This document shows, one piece after another, positions 1-10,373 of a stretch of DNA of 64,000 nt. Source of the DNA: Octopus sinensis (Eukaryota); contig NC_043002.1 in the NCBI RefSeq assembly GCF_006345805.1, positions 58,342,001-58,406,000 on the forward strand, given 5' to 3'. Position 1 is the stretch's first letter. Each line of letters starts with the position of its first letter. The notes below the pieces were generated by a model, which was not told the origin of the DNA, did not search any database, and saw only the letters and a program-made list of their open reading frames with translations. The translations under genes were made by a program, and so were the position numbers.

Positions 1-74
1 TATATATATATATATATATATATATGCATACATATACATATATATGTAAATATACATATACAAATATATGTATG

Positions 75-143
<69 letters not shown>

Positions 144-309
144 TATATATATACGGAGGGATTCTTTCGGGTTCTGTCTATCAAATCCACTCACAAGGTT
201 CTGGTAGGCCCGAGACCATAGTTGAAGTCTCTTGCTCAAGTGTCACGCAGTGAGACTGAGCTTGGAACTATGTGGTTGGGAAGCAAGCTTATCGCAACAC
301 AGCCTCTCC

Positions 310-643
310 TACTTACGTAGTTACTTAGGTAAGTTTGGGAGAGAAGGGGTCCAAATATAAACTGATCGGGTTTCTCAGGTTTCTTTACCTGTCGTCCAAA
401 CACATAACTCAATCAAATAAAAAAAATAAAGAAAGAAAGAAATGAATAAAAAAAAATAGATAATAACGAAATCGAAAGAGCGAATCAAAAATTCACTTTT
501 TCCTAAAATTGTTCGAAAATCTGATGAGTAAGAAGGTTTTATTTTGAACGGGAAATACCAGAAAGGAAGGAAGGAAGAAAGAAAGGAAAGAATGCAGGAA
601 GAGAAGAAAGTTAGGTGAGAAGAAAGAGAAGTAGTAAATATAA
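310..643. repeat. Unclassified ~330-bp repeat, second copy at 1503-1829
   Basis: Collinear similarity from ttacgtag to gtagtaaatataa in both copies. Confidence 0.8.
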
Positions 644-744
644 GACAAAAGCTAGAGGGCGCGGTCAGTGAAAAAATAAAAAGAAAACAAAAATTGGGAG
701 AAAGAAAAAGTTTTGTTACTAATTGCCGCTCTGGTGTAGACACA

Positions 745-893
745 CATACATACGTACGCACGCACATACATGCATACATACATACATACATACATACATA
801 CATACATACATACATACATACATACATACATACATACATACGTACATACATACATACATACATACATATACATGCATACATACATACATATAC
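745..893. repeat. (TACA)n microsatellite; (TA)n at 1-152; many other (TA)n/(CA)n/(TATG)n tracts throughout the window
   Basis: Direct; these tracts explain the YI/CV/HT-rich ORFs in the track. Confidence 0.98.
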
Positions 894-909
894 GAAAACC
901 TAGAAATAC

Positions 910-1024
910 TTGTTTTTCTTTTTCAAGAAAGTCCAAACGAGACTGATGCAGATTCTGTAGATCCGATCTATTAGCGGCACAGTGAAGGTCTGTAAGACAT
1001 TCTAAAGATTCTTGATCTGAGATT
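910..1024 (-). CDS. Putative internal exon (ISDQESLECLTDLHCAANRSDLQNLHQSRLDFLEKEKQ), coiled-coil-like
   Basis: 38 open codons of coding-like composition, donor CAA|GTATTT; acceptor position uncertain. Confidence 0.45.
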
Positions 1025-1835
1025 CTTTAGATGAATAGATGCACACAGCCGGCACTCCTCGGTCAAGACACTAAATCAACCATACATTTGCAAACACAGA
1101 GAACTCAAAAAGTCTTAGGTAGAGAACTTAAATGTTCTTTGAAGGGACCCTGAAAATAATTTGCTTTAGATGTATGTATTGGTTATGTATTGCAAGAAAC
1201 AGCCAGGTTCCTTTCTCTAACATTTTAAAGTGTTCAACCTACACAAGTGAATGTGTGAAAAACGAAATAGGAATTTTGAAAGAAGTTTCTGTAAAACTAG
1301 TTTTATTTTTAATCATGGAATGGCTCTAGTGTCTACCAGAATAGAATAATGATCAAAGGTGTCCATAGGTGAAACAATGCCTTAGAACACCTGATTTAAA
1401 CAAACCTCGAAGAAAAATCATACGCATGTACATTCCCAATCATTTCACAAATGAGACACAACTGCTGTTTACTAGTTTACGTCATTGGAAGGTGTGTATG
1501 CAGTTACGTAGAGACTTAGATTAGTTTCAGGGAGAAGTGGTCCAAACATAAAATGACAGGACTTCTCGGGTTTCTTTGCTTGTCGTCCAAACACATAGCT
1601 CAATCAAATAATAAACAAAGATTGCAGGAAATAAATGAATAAAAAAAATAGATAATAACAAAATTGGAAGAGCGAATCAAAAATTCACTCTTTCCTAAAA
1701 TTGTTCGAAAATCTGATGAGTAAGGTTTTATTTTGAACGGGAAAGGCCAGAAAGAAAGGAAGAAAGAAAGGAAAGAATGCAGGAAGAGAAGAAAGTTAGG
1801 TGAGAAGAAAGAGAAGTAGTAAATATAATAAGAGA

Positions 1836-2330
1836 TGAGGAATTATTTACATTATTTACATTATTTACATTTTACGGATATTTGTTCATAAAACCCACTT
1901 CTTGTCGATATATATATAAGTGTCCATAATGAAGTAGGTAGTCTCTACACAGAAGGTCAACATTTCCATCAAGTTTCAAAGCTGTGACACGTGGAGATAT
2001 TGATAAATCGGGTATAGCTGATCATGTGTGGAAAAATGGAGACCACCTCCTCCTGTAGGATGAAGTTAAAATAATAGACAGAGAATACCAATGGAAAATA
2101 CGAACACTAAAAGAAGCAGCACATATGCTAGGACACCACAACCTCCTAAGCAGACTGAGTGCAAATATGAGTAGCATGTGGGAACCGGTATTAAGGAAGG
2201 ATAGGAAGATATTGGATTTATAAGCCCTAAAATTCATTCCATAATTGCCCACGGGCATATGCCGTAGTGGTTAGAGTGCGGGCTACTAAGCCCAAGATTC
2301 CGAGTCCGATTCCAGTGACCTGACTACTCC
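1836..2330 (+). mobile_element. Penelope-like element remnant: inverted terminal tail (1836-1885), GIY-YIG endonuclease C-terminus, tRNA-like 3' head (2252-2315)
   Basis: Translation below; reverse complement of 1836-1885 matches the tail at 30470-30500; 2232-2320 matches 30271-30360. Confidence 0.8.
1978..2223 (+). pseudogene. GIY-YIG endonuclease fragment of a Penelope-like retroelement
   Basis: KAVTRGDIDKSGIADHVWKNGDHLLL*DEVKIIDREYQWKIRTLKEAAHMLGHHNLLSR; matches the PLE pattern KSxxAxH...WD.VKIxDxE..W.xR.xKEA; internal TGG>TAG at 2056. Confidence 0.85.
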
Positions 2331-2351
2331 TGCTACTACTACTACTACTAC

Positions 2352-2395
<44 letters not shown>

Positions 2396-2883
2396 CAGTA
2401 AGACAATTATATCTATGTATGTACGCATGCATGTATGAATGTATGTATGTATGAATGATGACACCGGTTTAACTTTGAATCTCTTTAACAATTCAAAATA
2501 ATGAGTTTAATTCCTCTTAATTCTACCTCATTTCATCTAATTGTATTTATTTATCGCTAATTTTCATTTTAAAAGTCTTTATTTATCTTTTTGGTGTTCA
2601 ATGCGCATTTTCTGTTTATTTATTCTTACTTTCCCCATATTTTTCCACGTGTTGTTTCTATATTTTTTTTCAAACGTATTTCTGTTATATATATATACAT
2701 ACATATATATATAACATAAGGGGCATCAGCCATCTGAATGTGGCCAGGGACAGGGCAGGGCGGTGGGGGGTGTTACTGATGCATTTAGCCCCAGGCGATC
2801 ATCAACGTCACCAGGAGGGCTGACACCATCTCGGTGTCCTCTAGCCTGCAAAGGGAGATCATTCCCCGAAGACGCGGATGCTA

Positions 2884-2927
2884 CATACGGACCAGGTTTC
2901 AAGGTATTTGCCTATTATCAACGCATG
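2884..2927 (-). ncRNA. Minimal type I hammerhead ribozyme, U3-A8 core variant
   Basis: CATGCG TTGATAA TAGG CAAATA CCTT GAAA CCTG GTC CGTATG: 6-bp stem I, core UUGAUAA, short stem II, GAAA, near-palindromic stem III, GUC cleavage site. Confidence 0.65.
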
Positions 2928-3212
2928 GTAAGCACCGCTCTCCGACGAATAACTCTCTGTACAGGCTCCTGGTGACGTTGATGATCGCCTGGGGCTAAAT
3001 GCATCAGTAACACCCCCACCGCCCTACCCTGTCCCTAGCCACATTCAGATGGCTGATGCCCCTTATGTTATAGAGCAGTTACTGTTTATATCTCGTTTAG
3101 AGATTTATTATTGCTTTCGAACGGTTTTTCTACATCAGTAAATGTGTTTACTGTGAAAATCCTTAAATATATAGCCTGTACAGAGAGTTATTCGTCGGAG
3201 AGCGGTGCTTAC

Positions 3213-3256
3213 CATGCGATGATAATAGGCAAATACCTTGAAACCTGGTCCGTATG
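3213..3256 (+). ncRNA. Second copy of the same hammerhead, core AUGAUAA (3-8 pair broken, probably inactive)
   Basis: Identical to the 2884-2927 copy except at core position 3. Confidence 0.55.
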
Positions 3257-3507
3257 TAGCATCCGCGTCTTCGGGGAATGATCTCCCTTTGCAGGCTAGA
3301 GGACACCGAGATGGTGTCAGCCCTCCTGGTGACGTTGATGATCGCCTGGGGCTAAATGCATCAGTAACACCCCCACCGCCCTGCCCTGTCCCTGGCCACA
3401 TTCAGATGGCTGATGCCCCTTATGTTATAGAGCAGTTACTGTTTATATCTCGTTTAGAGATTTATTATTGCATATATATATATATATAGATATATATATA
3501 TATATAT

Positions 3508-3770
3508 GAATGCGCATGGCCCAGTGGTTAGAACGTCGAGCTTACGATCGTGAGGTTGTGAGTTCGAATCCCGGACCGGGCTGCGTATTGTGTTCTTGAG
3601 CAAGATACTTAATTTCATGTTGCTCCAGTTCACTCGGCACTAGAAATGAGTTTCGACGTCACAGTGGTGTATCGGCAGTATCGGTCCGTTTGCCTTTCCC
3701 TTGAATAACACTTGTGCCTGGGAGGGTATATATATATGCTGAGACCCCTTCGGTCATGACTGATCATATA
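3508..3770 (+). mobile_element. tRNA-derived SINE (related copies near 11050-11350, 49490-49720, 56079-56400, 59500-59760)
   Basis: A box TGGCCCAGTGG, B box GTTCGAATCC, followed by tgtgttcttgagcaag body. Confidence 0.85.
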
Positions 3771-3909
3771 TATATATATATATATATATATACGTTTATA
3801 TGAATGTATGTATGTGTGTATGTATCTATGTATCTATACCGTTTGCATGAATGTTTCTTTGTGCGTGTGTGTGAGCGTGCGAACGTACGTGTATGTGTGT
3901 GTATGAGTG

Positions 3910-4180
3910 CGTGCGTGCTCGCGCAACATTAGATTTGGTTATGTGAATTCCCGCCAGAATGTATTGCCGAGGGTCGTTGAAGCTTTGCTGCTGCTGATTG
4001 CCACGTTAGCAAATATTGATTGGCTGATAACCATTTACGTACGCAAGCGTGCTTCAATAGAGGCTCAACTGAGGTTAAACACTTAGCCATGCCTGTTGGA
4101 ATTGGGCGGGAATTCTGAGCGGGAATTCCCAGATTTGCGAGGCTGCGCTTTAATGTTTATGCAAGGGAAACGCAGACACA
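3910..4180 (+). repeat. Module X, ~270-bp GC-richer dispersed unit; also 5060-5340 (+), 8585-8830 (-), fragments near 7795 and 8948
   Basis: Direct sequence comparison by eye. Confidence 0.8.
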
Positions 4181-4355
4181 AACTCACACACAGAAACATA
4201 CACATACACACACATGTATATAGTATACATACATTAATCACACTCTATTCACAAACATGGTTTTTTGGACAAATATAAGTTTGTAAGCATATGCGTGTGT
4301 ATGTATGTCTGCATATATGTATGTATGTAAGCATGCATTTATATATATATATATA

Positions 4356-4407
<52 letters not shown>

Positions 4408-4444
4408 TTTGTGTCTGCGTGTGTGTGTGTGTGTGTGTATATAT

Positions 4445-4879
4445 ATGAAAATAATAATGCAATACGAAAGTATTGCTTACCAGTAAAAGATAGCCCGTAA
4501 GGGTAAAATTATACATATAAAAGTAAATAAATGGTACAACAAGGCACCGATATTTAATGGAAAATAGCAATCGTAATAAATGGCAAAGATGTGACAACAT
4601 TTGAAATATTGTCTAGGTATATGCAGCTGATGAAGACAAATCAAATCTACGTTGCCGAACGTATTTGAAGAGTCTGAAGCTGGTCCTGCATTATCCGATT
4701 CTAGGTTTTCCATTTTTCAGATGTTCTTCCTAGAGGTAAGACAAATTTTTTTCATGTTTGTTGCACACACGCGTCTTTGCAAGTATTTACGCAGTGAAAC
4801 TATACAATAGCGTCGTATTTATTACTATTGCTATTTTCAAGTAAATATCGGTCCCTTGTTATACCATTTATTTACTTAT
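4445..4879 (+). mobile_element. HHR-bearing retrozyme-like element, copy 1 (inverted tail plus one partial monomer)
   Basis: Ends are inverted repeats of each other; HHR at 4621-4691; microsatellite flanks. Confidence 0.8.
4621..4691 (+). ncRNA. Hammerhead ribozyme copy (GAAG instead of GAAA; loop III CTG)
   Basis: Same 71-nt fold as 6129-6199 with an A15.1>G change. Confidence 0.8.
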
Positions 4880-4923
4880 GTATATATATATATATGCTGA
4901 GACCACTTCGGTCATGACTGATC

Positions 4924-4959
<36 letters not shown>

Positions 4960-5506
4960 TATATGAATGTATGTGTGTATGTATCTATGTATCTATACCG
5001 TTTGCATGAATGTTTCTTTGCGCGTGTGTGTGAGCGTGCGAACATACGTGTATGTGTCTGTGTGAGTGCGTGCGTGCTCGCACAACATTAGATTTGGTTA
5101 TGTGAATTCCTGCCAAAATGTTTTGCCGAGGGTCGTTGAAGCTTTGCTGCTGCTGATTGACACGTCAGCAAATATTGATTGGCATATAACCATTTACGTA
5201 CGCAAGCGTGCTTTTATGGAGGCTCAACTGAGGTTAAACACTTAGCCATGCCTGTTGGAATTGGGCGGGAATTCTGAGCGGGAAATCCCACATTTGCGAG
5301 GCCGCGCTTTAATGTTTATCCAAGGGAAACGCAGACACAAACTCACACACAGAAACATACACATACACACACATGTATATAGTATACATACATACATTAA
5401 TCACATTCTATTCACAAATATGGTTTCTTGGACAAAGATAAGTTTGTAAGCATATGCGTGTGTATGTATGTCTGCATATATGTATGTATGTATCTAAGCA
5501 TGCATT

Positions 5507-5572
<66 letters not shown>

Positions 5573-5592
5573 GTGTGTGTGTGTGTGTGTGT

Positions 5593-6382
5593 ATGAAAAT
5601 AATAATGCAATACGAAAGTATTGCTTTCCAGTAAAAGATAGCCCGTAACAGTAAAATTATACATATAAAAGTAAATAAATGGTACAAGGCACCGATATTT
5701 AATGGAAAATAGCAATCGTAATAAATGGCATAGATGTGACAACATTTGAAGTATTGTCTAGGTATATGCAGCTGATGAAGATGCATTATCCGATTCTAGG
5801 TTTTCCATTTTTCAGATGTTCTTCCTGGAGGTAAGACAAATTTTTTTCATGTTTGTTGCACACACGCGTCTTTGCTAGTATTTACGCAGTGAAGCTATAC
5901 AATAGCGTCGTATTTATAACGATTGCTATTTTCCAGTAAATATCGGTGCCTTGTACCATTTATTTACTTTTATATGTATAATTTTACTCTTTACTGGAAA
6001 GCAATACTTTCGTATTGCATTATTATTTTCATTGAAACTTCTTCACTGTTATCGTTCTGTTAACGTTTTGGCGTTCAGACGAGTGTACTGGCATAGATGT
6101 GGCAACATTTGAAATATTGTCAAGTTATATGCAGCTGATGAAGACAATTCAAATCTACGTTGTCAAACGTATTTGAAGAGTCTGAAACCAGTCCTGCATT
6201 ATCCGATTCTAGGTTTTCCATTTTTCAGATGTTCTTCCTAGAGGTAAGACAAATTTTTTTTCATGTTTATTGCACACACACGTCTTTGCTAGTATTTACG
6301 CAGTGAAACTATACAAAGCGTCGTATTTATTACTATTGCTATTTTCAAGTAAATATCGTACCTTATTGACCATTTATTTACT

Positions 6383-6384
<2 letters not shown>
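5593..6384 (+). mobile_element. HHR-bearing retrozyme-like element, copy 2 (inverted tail plus a tandem near-dimer of a ~410-nt monomer)
   Basis: 5593-5725 is inverted at about 5909-6032; direct repeat period is 363 bp plus a 50-bp deletion in the first HHR. Confidence 0.85.
6129..6199 (+). ncRNA. Type I hammerhead ribozyme with intact core and extended stem II
   Basis: ATGCAG CTGATGA AGAC [AA TTCAAAT C TACGTT GTCA AACGTA TTTGAA GA] GTCT GAAA CCA GTC CTGCAT: stem I 6 bp, all core nucleotides, GUC site. Confidence 0.9.
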
Positions 6385-6434
<50 letters not shown>

Positions 6435-6490
6435 TATGCTGAGACACTTCGGTCATGACTGATCATATATATATATATATATATATATTT

Positions 6491-6542
<52 letters not shown>

Positions 6543-6552
6543 CATATATAGA

Positions 6553-6606
<54 letters not shown>

Positions 6607-6786
6607 TTAAATTATAAGTCTCTCTAAAAGAGAACAGCGGCAGCGTTCCCGGAAAATAATAGTTATCGCCATACTAAGGTATTCTTTGTAAGTTTGTAAA
6701 TACTATATGGTATTCTTTGTAAGTTTGTAAGCATATGCGTGTGTATGTATGTCTGCATATATGTATGTATGTATGTAAGCATGCAT

Positions 6787-6847
<61 letters not shown>

Positions 6848-6936
6848 ATACATATATTTGTGTGTGTGCATGTATGTATGTATGTGTGCGTGTTATATAT
6901 TTATATATATATAATATAATATATATATATATATAT

Positions 6937-7366
6937 ATGAAAATAATAATGCAATACGAGAATATTGCTTTCCAGTAAAAGATAGCCCGTAAGGGTAAAA
7001 TTATACATATAAAAGTAAATCAATGGTACAACAAGGCACCGATATTTAATGGAAAATAGCAATCGTAATAAATGGCATAGATGTGGCAACATTTGAAATA
7101 TTGTCTAGGTATATGCAGCTGATGAAGACAAATCAAATCTACGTTGTCAAACGTATTTGAAGAGTCTGAAGCTGGTCCTGCATTATCCGATTCTAGGTTT
7201 TCCATTTTTCAGATGTTCTTCCTGGAGGTAAGACAAATTTTTTTCATGTTTGTTGCACACACGCGTCTTTGCTAGTATTTACGCAGTGAAACTATACAAT
7301 AGCGTCGTATTTATTACGATTGCTATTTTCCAGTAAATATCGATGCCTTGTTGTACCATTTATTTA

Positions 7367-7370
<4 letters not shown>
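6937..7370 (+). mobile_element. HHR-bearing retrozyme-like element, copy 3
   Basis: Same structure as copy 1; HHR at 7113-7183. Confidence 0.8.
7113..7183 (+). ncRNA. Hammerhead ribozyme copy (GAAG variant)
   Basis: Same 71-nt fold as 4621-4691. Confidence 0.8.
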
Positions 7371-7442
<72 letters not shown>

Positions 7443-7871
7443 TGATGTGTGGTGAATCTATGGAAAGAAATCCCATAGAAGTCTTCAATTTAGTTAAAAG
7501 TGGAGAAGATAAGTTGTTACAAAATATAAGAGAATTTTAATTCATGCAGACGATCATTTCGTACAGAGATATAAAAATCAAGCAAATTCATGTTGGAATT
7601 GAATAAGGTTAAATTAATTAAATTGATTAATTAATTAATTATGTATATCAATGTACTCTTCAGTGCAGGAAGTATAAACAAAATTTACAATGAACTTGAA
7701 AAAGGAAATAGCAGAGGAATAGAATCTAAGAGATTCATATTTATTCTTATGAGAAAAAGGTGTGAGTCCAATTAGATATTAACTATAAATAATATGAGCG
7801 GGAAATCCCAGGATTTTCGAGGCAGAAATTTAATAATTATACATGACAAACGCAGACACACACACACACAC

Positions 7872-7908
<37 letters not shown>

Positions 7909-8027
7909 TGCCAACATGTATATGGTATACGTACACACATTAATCCCTCTCTATTCACAAACATGCAAGCTCTTAATTTTTTTATCATGGATTTAAATTG
8001 TATGTATGTATGTATGCACCCTGGACT

Positions 8028-8119
<92 letters not shown>

Positions 8120-8542
8120 CACACACATATGTATGTATTTATACACACACACATATATACATACATAAGTACATAAGTACATACATAACATACAATTATC
8201 TACCAATCCATGATGTAGAAATATCAAGAACTTGCATGTTTGTAAAAAGAGTATGATTAATGTATGTATACATGTACGCATGTATGTATACTCTATACTT
8301 GTGTGTGTGCGTTCGTGTGTGTGTGTATCACCACACATGATATATATATATATGTATGTATATATATATATACATACATAAATGCATGCTTATATGCATA
8401 CATACATACATACATACATACATACATACATACAAATTTATAATTTATAATTGTCTAAGAAACCATATTTACGAACAGAGTGTAATTAATGCATGTATAC
8501 TATATACATGTGTGTATCTGAGTGCGCATGCTTGTGTATCTG

Positions 8543-8573
<31 letters not shown>

Positions 8574-9574
8574 TGTGTGTGTGCGTTTCACTAGGAAAAA
8601 TATTAAAGCGCTGCCTCGCAAATCTGTGATTTCCCGCCCAATTCCATCAGACATGGCTAAGTGTTTAACCTCCGTTGAGCCTCCATAGAAGCACGCTTGT
8701 GTACGTAAATGGTTATCAGCCAATCATTATTTGCTGACGTGGCAATCAGCAGCAGCAAAGCTTCAACGACCCTCGGCAATACATTTTGGCGGGAATTCAC
8801 ATAACCAAATTTCATGTTGCGCGAGCACGCACATACACACACGCACTCACACATACACACGCAAACAAACATTCAAGTAAATACTATACATACATACATA
8901 CATACATACATACATACATACATACGTACGTACGTACGGGAAATCCATGAGCGAGAAATCCAAGAATTTCGAGGGAGAGATTTAATATTTATACAAGTCA
9001 AACGCTGACACACACACACTCACACACACGCACGCACACACACACACCGGTAAATTAGTGGTTCGGCAAAAGAGACCGATCGAATAGGTACCAGGCTTAA
9101 CAAAATAAGTGCTGGGGCCGATTCATTCGACTAAAAATTCAAGGCGGTGCCCCAGTATGGCTGCAGTCTAATGCGTGAAACAAGTAAAAGATAAAAGATA
9201 TGTATATACATACATCGTACTTGCATACATATACATACATATATTATGTGTGTATACACACACAAACACTTCAACTCCAATATATATTCATTTAATTTTT
9301 TTTTTTATGTTTTTCACTCGGAAATTACTCTAATTATTTTCTTTATTATTATTTTTTTTTTTGCGATCCAATTTTTAAACAAAAATTTTTATCGCTTTCC
9401 ATTTCAAAACTCTGATGACCTTTTCATTAGAAAAAAAAATCGCAATGATAAGGGATTTAAAAGGCAGGATCTACAAATTCTACGCTAAATCCAATAAAAG
9501 AAAACAAATATATAGCCCGAATCTTCAGAGCAATCCTTTCCTTACCCAACAACCTTTCCTATCTCATTTTTTTA

Positions 9575-9977
9575 TTGCTTACAAGGGGCTAAACATAGAG
9601 GGGACAAACAAGGACAGATAAAGGGATTGAGTTGATTACATCAACCCCAGTGCGTAACTGGTACTTAATTTATCGACCCCGAAAGGATGAAAGGCAAAGT
9701 CGACCTCGGCGGAATTTAAACTCTGAACGTAAAGATAGATGAAATACCTATTTCTTTACTACCCACAAGGGGCTAAACACAGAGAGGACAAACAAGGACA
9801 GACAAACGGATTAAGTCGATTATATCGACCCCTGTGCGTAACTGGCACTTATTTAATCGACCTCGAAAGGATGAAAGGCAAAGTCGACCTTGGCGTAATT
9901 TGAACTCAGAACGTAGCGGCAGACGAAATACAGCTACGCATTTCGCCCGGCGTGCTAACGTTTCTGCCAGCTCGTCG
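9575..9977 (-). mobile_element. Deu/Nin-domain-type tRNA SINE (two partial copies); other copies 29625-29850, 40848-41080, 42555-42760, 60255-60490, 61660-62100
   Basis: gtcgactttgcctttcatcctttcggggtcgat core; flanked by a 13-nt near-duplication at 9552-9564 / 9978-9990. Confidence 0.8.
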
Positions 9978-10121
9978 ACCTTTCCTGTCTATTTTCTTCG
10001 TATGTCAATTTTTGTAATTTTTTAAAGATTTTAACTTAAAGGGAAATAAATGCATCTGTAATGTCCCTGTAATTGCTATTTCAAATAGCTATATAATGCT
10101 ATATATACATGTATGTGTGTG

Positions 10122-10373
10122 TATTGGGTTGGTGCATGATTATTGCAGCTTTTTTTTTTCAACAAATTTTATTCAACAATAACAATATTTAGCAAAAACG
10201 TCTTCAAATGACAGTCTGACTGTCTGCCAAGCAAATGGGAAGCAGTAATTGAAGTCGATGGTGAATATGTTCCAGAATAATCATTTAAAGATGTTTTTAT
10301 TACATGTTGTTATTGTTTTTGTTGAACAAAACTTGTTGAAATAAAGCCGTAATAACTATGCCCCAACCGAATA
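10122..10373 (+). mobile_element. Internally deleted mariner (MITE)
   Basis: TIRs TATTGGGTTGGTGCATGATTATTGC / TATTCGGTTGGGGCATAGTTATTAC, TA flanks; internal LPSKWEAVIEVDGEYVPE* is a mariner transposase C-terminus. Confidence 0.85.

Larger units (their letters stand above)
2710..3471. mobile_element. Retrozyme/PLE-type non-autonomous element: 257-bp inverted arms plus 357-bp direct monomer (about 1.4 copies)
   Basis: 2710-2967 is a near-perfect reverse complement of 3173-3429; 2967-3114 is repeated at 3324-3471 (period 357); flanked by (TA)n on both sides. Confidence 0.85.
3738..7370 (+). repeat. Tandem segmental repeat, about 3 units (marker gctgagac at 3738, 4896, 6438)
   Basis: Periods 1158 and 1542 bp; each unit holds a SINE tail, microsatellites, module X (truncated in unit 3) and the HHR element. 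Confidence 0.85.

Noticed and set aside
515-560. CTGATGAG...GAAA in the 330-bp repeat as a hammerhead
   Set aside because: No stem II closing onto GAAA and no NUH plus stem I in the right order.
68-974. ORFs rich in YI, MYVC, HT and CV dipeptides (here and throughout the track, e.g. 37026-37526)
   Set aside because: Translations of (TA)n, (TACA)n and (CA)n microsatellites.
3508-3580. tRNA genes (also 2252, 30285, 38149, 56079)
   Set aside because: A and B boxes present but no paired acceptor stem; they continue into SINE or PLE bodies.
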